A stretch of 32,000 nucleotides of DNA from Acholeplasma laidlawii PG-8A (lineage in GTDB: Bacteria > Bacillota_I > Bacilli_A > Acholeplasmatales > Acholeplasmataceae), in contig NC_010163.1 of assembly GCF_000018785.1 (NCBI RefSeq), positions 1,140,001 to 1,172,000 on the forward strand, read 5' to 3'. Positions 29,301 to 32,000 of this stretch are shown here, one piece after another (within the stretch, counting starts at the first letter, position 1; the number at the start of each line of letters is the position of its first letter). Below the pieces are notes generated by a model. That model did no database searches and was not told the DNA's origin. It was given only the letters and a program-made list of their open reading frames with translations. The translations under genes were made by a program, and so were the position numbers.

Positions 29301-32000
29301 CATCCACTAATAACTAGTACTTGATCATTTTCCAAGTATGAAATAATCGGATTAAATCCTTCCATAAACCTTGGATCTTTTGCATCTTGTCCATATTCAA
29401 TGATTTGTGTGTTGATAATGTTATCGTCTTTATCAAAGAAATTGACAGTATAGTATCTTGGTACTTCAATAAACTTAGCTTCAATATCTAAATTCTTTGT
29501 AACACCTGAATAGCTTGTTTTCCAACCATCAAAGATGTAGAAGATGTTTTGTGTTGGTGTTTTAGTAGCAACACTAGGTGCTATAGCATCCAGTCCGTAT
29601 TTCACGTAATCAGTTTTTATTAATCTGTTATCACCATCAAAAAAGTTTACGGTAAATGTGATTTCTTTTTCTTCGTATTCAGGATAAATGTCTAGATTAG
29701 ATTTCACATTAGAAAAATCTTCACTCCAACCAATAAATTCATATGCATATGGACCATCAATAATTTTTGAAGGTGCATTTGGTTCAGTTGCTGCCTCATT
29801 ATATTTCACTATTTGTGAGGAGATGATTTTGTTAAATGCATCATAGAAGTTAACGGTAAAGGAATCATTGACTGTATCATAAATTGCATAAACATTTAAG
29901 TTTTCTTCAACATTTGTAAAGTCCTTATCCCATCGATTAAAGATGAGTAGTGTACCATTTTGTTGGTCAATTATATCTACAGCAGGCGCTAGAGCATTTG
30001 ATCCTGGTGCTACCTCTTGTAGTTTAATTAAATTATTAAATTTATCATAGAATCTAACTTCATAATAAAGATATGTTTCATCAAATAATGCTTTAATGGT
30101 GCGATTTTCTTTAACTGCTAAGCCGTTATTATCCCAACCGACAAATGTATATTTAATTTGATTTGTACTAGTTTTATAACCTACTGGGAATGTGACATTT
30201 TGACCCCAACCAACTTGTATTTTGGTTGTTTCATCACCATTAATAAGTGTGACTTCATAACTAATTAAACGTGATCCCTTATTTAAGTTAATTGTCTTTT
30301 CTGCTGTAATAAAGTCTAGTGTGCTACTCCAAGATATAAAGTAATATTCATAGCCTGTAGCTTGATTTGGATGATCCTTTAGGTAAGTTGTTAAATCTGG
30401 TGCTACTGCATCTTTTCCATATAATACATATTGTGTATTTAAGATGGTTGCACCATCTGTAAAGGTAATTAAGTATTGTCCAGCTACTTCTTGGTAGTTT
30501 GCATATACTAAAGTATCTGAGGTAATATTTTTATAATTTGCACCCCAAGAGATAAACTTATAACCAATTTCTTTTGTACCTTCTTTAAATGGTATACCTT
30601 CTGGTAATATAGCTGTTTTACCATACTCGGTTTCTACAGTCTTATAAACTGTATCTTGATCAATCATAAATGTTACTTGGTAAGTTCTTGGACTTGATTT
30701 AAACACAGGATATATTTCTAGATTTCCCGTAATAACAGTAAAATCTTGATCCCAACCATCAAATGTATAAATTTCAGATACACTTGATGGTTTGGTTGGA
30801 TTATTTATTGGTTGAACTGCACTATTTAAATATTCAACAACTTGTACTTTATCAATGATTTTGCCAAAGGCATCGTAAAACGATACTTCATAATATCTAT
30901 CTACTCTAATGAATTTAGGTCTTACATTTAAGTTTTCTGTAATATAAGCATAATCTTCTATCCAACCATCAAACTTATAGGCATCATTGCCTGCTGGTGC
31001 TTGAGTTGGCACCTCACTTGGATGTGCAGCCATATCACCATATAGTACTTGTTGACTAGATAAAATACTACCATCACCATTAAAGAAGTTTACTGTATAA
31101 CTTCTTCTAACTTCTTTGAACTGTGCAATTACATCCATACTTGTTGTAATACTTGAAATATCTTTATCCCAACCACTAAATTCATATTTGAATTCAGGTG
31201 TTTGAGCCTTAATAGGTAATACACTTGGTGGTTCTACACTAAATAAATACTCACCCATTTTTGTTTCTATATGCATACCATCAAAGTTATAGAATTTAAT
31301 TTCATAATATCTTTGAACTGGTGTAAAGATTGGATGAATATCCATTGACTCAGTAATTACTACATTAAAGTTATAATCCCAACCTTCAAAGTGATACGCA
31401 TAAGTATCATAAGTTTTTGTAGGTATTTTACTTGTAGGTTGAATATATTGATTATATTCACCTTTTTGACGCTCAAACAAATGACCATCACCGTCATAAT
31501 AATTAATTGTATAGTATCTATCCATTTGATGATACTCTGCACGTATTTGAGTTGGTTTTAAAATTTGAGTACCATTAAAATCAAATATCCAGCGCATATA
31601 TTCATAAACATATAATGCATTTTTATTCTTTAATGGAATTAACCCGTCTGGTTGTTGAACATATTGTCCATGTCTAATTTCTTCTTCATGAATTACTTTA
31701 TTGTTGCCATCTATAAACTGTACTAAGTGATATGCTTCTTCCCATTTAGCATAGACTTCAATGTCTTTTTCTTCGTTAAATACTTGGATACTTTGACCCG
31801 ATTTATTAGTAAGTTGAATCTCTATACCATCTTGATCATAATACCAACCTAAGAAGTTATATCCAAAGTATGTTGGTACATATAATTGATAGTGTTCATT
31901 GTCTAATACATATTGTAGATTTTCATTTGTTGTTTCATTAAGTTCTTCAAATGTTACTGTGTATAGTCTATTGTATGTACTTTCTTTAGATAGTGCTTGA
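26312..32000 (-). CDS. Giant (>1895 aa, N-terminus outside the window) secreted repeat protein: at least 24 Listeria-Bacteroides-type repeats plus a C-terminal dockerin
   Basis: The ORF track starts it at M 31597, but I translated the same frame from 31598 to 32000 and found no stop. That stretch continues the repeat pattern (YTVTFEELNE...GYNFLGWYYDQDG...EVYAKWEEAYHLVQFIDGNNKV...). Repeat signature: Y.V.F.d..g.....q.v.yG..a..P...P.k......Y.F.GWd.....vt.dl.i...f. Confidence 0.9.
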   Translation of the reverse strand, partial: QALSKESTYNRLYTVTFEELNETTNENLQYVLDNEHYQLYVPTYFGYNFLGWYYDQDGIEIQLTNKSGQSIQVFNEEKDIEVYAKWEEAYHLVQFIDGNNKVIHEEEIRHGQYVQQPDGLIPLKNKNALYVYEYMRWIFDFNGTQILKPTQIRAEYHQMDRYYTINYYDGDGHLFERQKGEYNQYIQPTSKIPTKTYDTYAYHFEGWDYNFNVVITESMDIHPIFTPVQRYYEIKFYNFDGMHIETKMGEYLFSVEPPSVLPIKAQTPEFKYEFSGWDKDISSITTSMDVIAQFKEVRRSYTVNFFNGDGSILSSQQVLYGDMAAHPSEVPTQAPAGNDAYKFDGWIEDYAYITENLNVRPKFIRVDRYYEVSFYDAFGKIIDKVQVVEYLNSAVQPINNPTKPSSVSEIYTFDGWDQDFTVITGNLEIYPVFKSSPRTYQVTFMIDQDTVYKTVETEYGKTAILPEGIPFKEGTKEIGYKFISWGANYKNITSDTLVYANYQEVAGQYLITFTDGATILNTQYVLYGKDAVAPDLTTYLKDHPNQATGYEYYFISWSSTLDFITAEKTINLNKGSRLISYEVTLINGDETTKIQVGWGQNVTFPVGYKTSTNQIKYTFVGWDNNGLAVKENRTIKALFDETYLYYEVRFYDKFNNLIKLQEVAPGSNALAPAVDIIDQQNGTLLIFNRWDKDFTNVEENLNVYAIYDTVNDSFTVNFYDAFNKIISSQIVKYNEAATEPNAPSKIIDGPYAYEFIGWSEDFSNVKSNLDIYPEYEEKEITFTVNFFDGDNRLIKTDYVKYGLDAIAPSVATKTPTQNIFYIFDGWKTSYSGVTKNLDIEAKFIEVPRYYTVNFFDKDDNIINTQIIEYGQDAKDPRFMEGFNPIISYLENDQVLVISGWDQDLINVRENRTIYALYSEVNRYYEVRFYDALNNQIGDTQIIEYGSKAFEPTTPIKVSPNPDFFFLFTGWSEPSNYVTENLEIYPTYNYVKTTYQVTFLDGNGNVFDEQTISYGQSAITPNGIPSKTPTDDVSYVFKSWDVNYDVVTSDLIVRPIFDMVTRQYLVIFKNDKGIIIKEELVNKGSSAKAPDVPILESDNYYHYMIRWSVKFDNVTEDIVTELYYEKIERIYTLTFYDYDTTTIISTITATYGQVIMAPSGPIKPADRQFSYEFISWNPVFNEVVTSDENYYPYYEEHLRVYIVTFLDGNGNVFDEQEVYYGATPKMPLNTPTKDPNKQYYYTFRMWETLTVKVYEDITIKAIFYNHLQEYEVTFIDEFGHVIEKQMVKYGEGAVEPNTDDIPVKSSTTSTVYVFSGWDKTFSFITEDLIVQTQYLGTPRKFIYTFYDDDQTTILKQIVGAYGDPIIEPNVVNKPGGEGFDYAFDGWDKVVPEILTEHMIFVARYKEVYKEYKVTLFDGNGALFKTLTVLHGQTLIPPTEIPSKLPTMQYTFVFSHWVIKGSTTVFNIFEESVTQDIQLEAAFNQEIRLYVVTYMSGEEVHEEVIVPYNGRPIIPSDPEKPGYRFTNWDKHIDRVTGDMTVHAVFVAGRYNIIFNDGYNEGDEVIVEGSMTPMTVNFDDNVVLTDLGYVRKGYDFMGWIVDGNVLPSYGDGDSFTYNNVGSLVLTAYWQPISYGISYDLNGGLAINPTMYTIEDYIRFNQANKNGYKFVGWYMVEQDETSQDMRQMARRQANILANEDLGTYIEEIKPNTVIGSIKLTAVYEYDSYIKLKPESMLGMFHAEVTSVIPIEERNYYDETNPIYLMGVFQNQTWANLKENFVNKELYFLDKNGKELTDQDIVASGRMIVIKDSNGNITDRVHVVLKGDINGDGRVNVMDQTTLINHLNRKQPILLSNLLAADTTGDGKINVLDQTALINHLNSKTPFWDKNQTTTMNLGE
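26363..26536 (-). other. Type I-like dockerin domain (two Ca-binding EF-hand-like repeats)
   Basis: GDINGDGRVNVMDQTTLINHLNRKQPILLSNLLAADTTGDGKINVLDQTALINHLNSK contains two DxNxDGxxNxxD-type loops (DINGDGRVNVMD and DTTGDGKINVLD), each followed by a helix. It lies 16 aa from the C-terminus. Confidence 0.85.
26840..32000 (-). repeat. At least 24 tandem diverged coding repeats of about 68-75 aa (Listeria-Bacteroides repeat / Flg_new-like)
   Basis: I counted 24 units, each ending in an aromatic-x-F/I-x-G/S/R-W motif (YHFEGWD, YEFSGWD, YKFDGWI, YTFDGWD ... YDFMGWI, YKFVGWY). The period is about 210 nt. Confidence 0.8.

Noticed and set aside
16048-32000. Considered a cellulosome or polysaccharide-degrading scaffoldin because of the cohesin/dockerin pair
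   Set aside because: No glycoside hydrolase, CBM, SLH or X-module signatures are visible in more than 5300 aa. Only one cohesin-like domain is present, and all other modules are adhesin-type beta-sandwich repeats.
1-32000. Scanned for CRISPR arrays, tRNA/rRNA genes, IS elements, integrases, prophage genes and long exact DNA repeats
   Set aside because: None were seen. Repetition in the giant genes is at protein level, with diverged DNA. There are no short regularly spaced direct repeats and no transposase- or recombinase-like ORFs.
1-32000. Considered genetic code 4 (TGA=Trp), given the Mollicutes-like composition
   Set aside because: lrgA terminates at a TGA that overlaps the lrgB start. 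All long ORFs are intact under the standard code. The Trp codons I checked are TGG.

Overview
AT-rich window (about 70% A+T by eye) that uses the standard genetic code: lrgA ends in TGA and a 10.3 kb ORF is uninterrupted. Coding is almost entirely on the minus strand. It looks like a low-GC Firmicute or wall-less Mollicutes-type chromosome (Acholeplasma/Erysipelotrichia-like); this taxonomy is inference only. I saw no rRNA, tRNA, CRISPR array, transposase or integrase. Left 11 kb: a partial ABC-F ATPase, lrgAB, an acyl-CoA dehydrogenase/etfB/etfA/ribD flavin-themed cluster driven from a divergent promoter that carries a near-consensus FNR box, the Crp/Fnr regulator itself, a hotdog thioesterase, two membrane proteins (one YeiH-family) and a C39-like cysteine-peptidase lipoprotein. 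Right 21 kb (11443-32000): one long minus-strand operon with near-zero intergenic spacing and a single terminator at its end. It encodes, in order: (1) a >1895 aa protein, open at the window edge, made of at least 24 Listeria-Bacteroides-type repeats and ending in a canonical dockerin; (2) a 3420 aa signal-peptide protein with an N-terminal cohesin-like domain, about 32 cadherin-like beta-sandwich modules and a C-terminal membrane anchor; (3) a membrane protein with degenerate GGDEF and EAL domains; (4) a McrB-type AAA+ GTPase whose usual DNA-binding N-domain is replaced by two TM helices; (5) a McrC-like partner with no convincing nuclease motif and a long K/E-rich helical tail. My best candidate for an undescribed system is this pairing of a cohesin-dockerin giant surface fibre with a membrane-tethered, nuclease-less McrBC-derived module and a degenerate c-di-GMP-type receptor. 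All family assignments come from motif recognition by eye. No database search was run.
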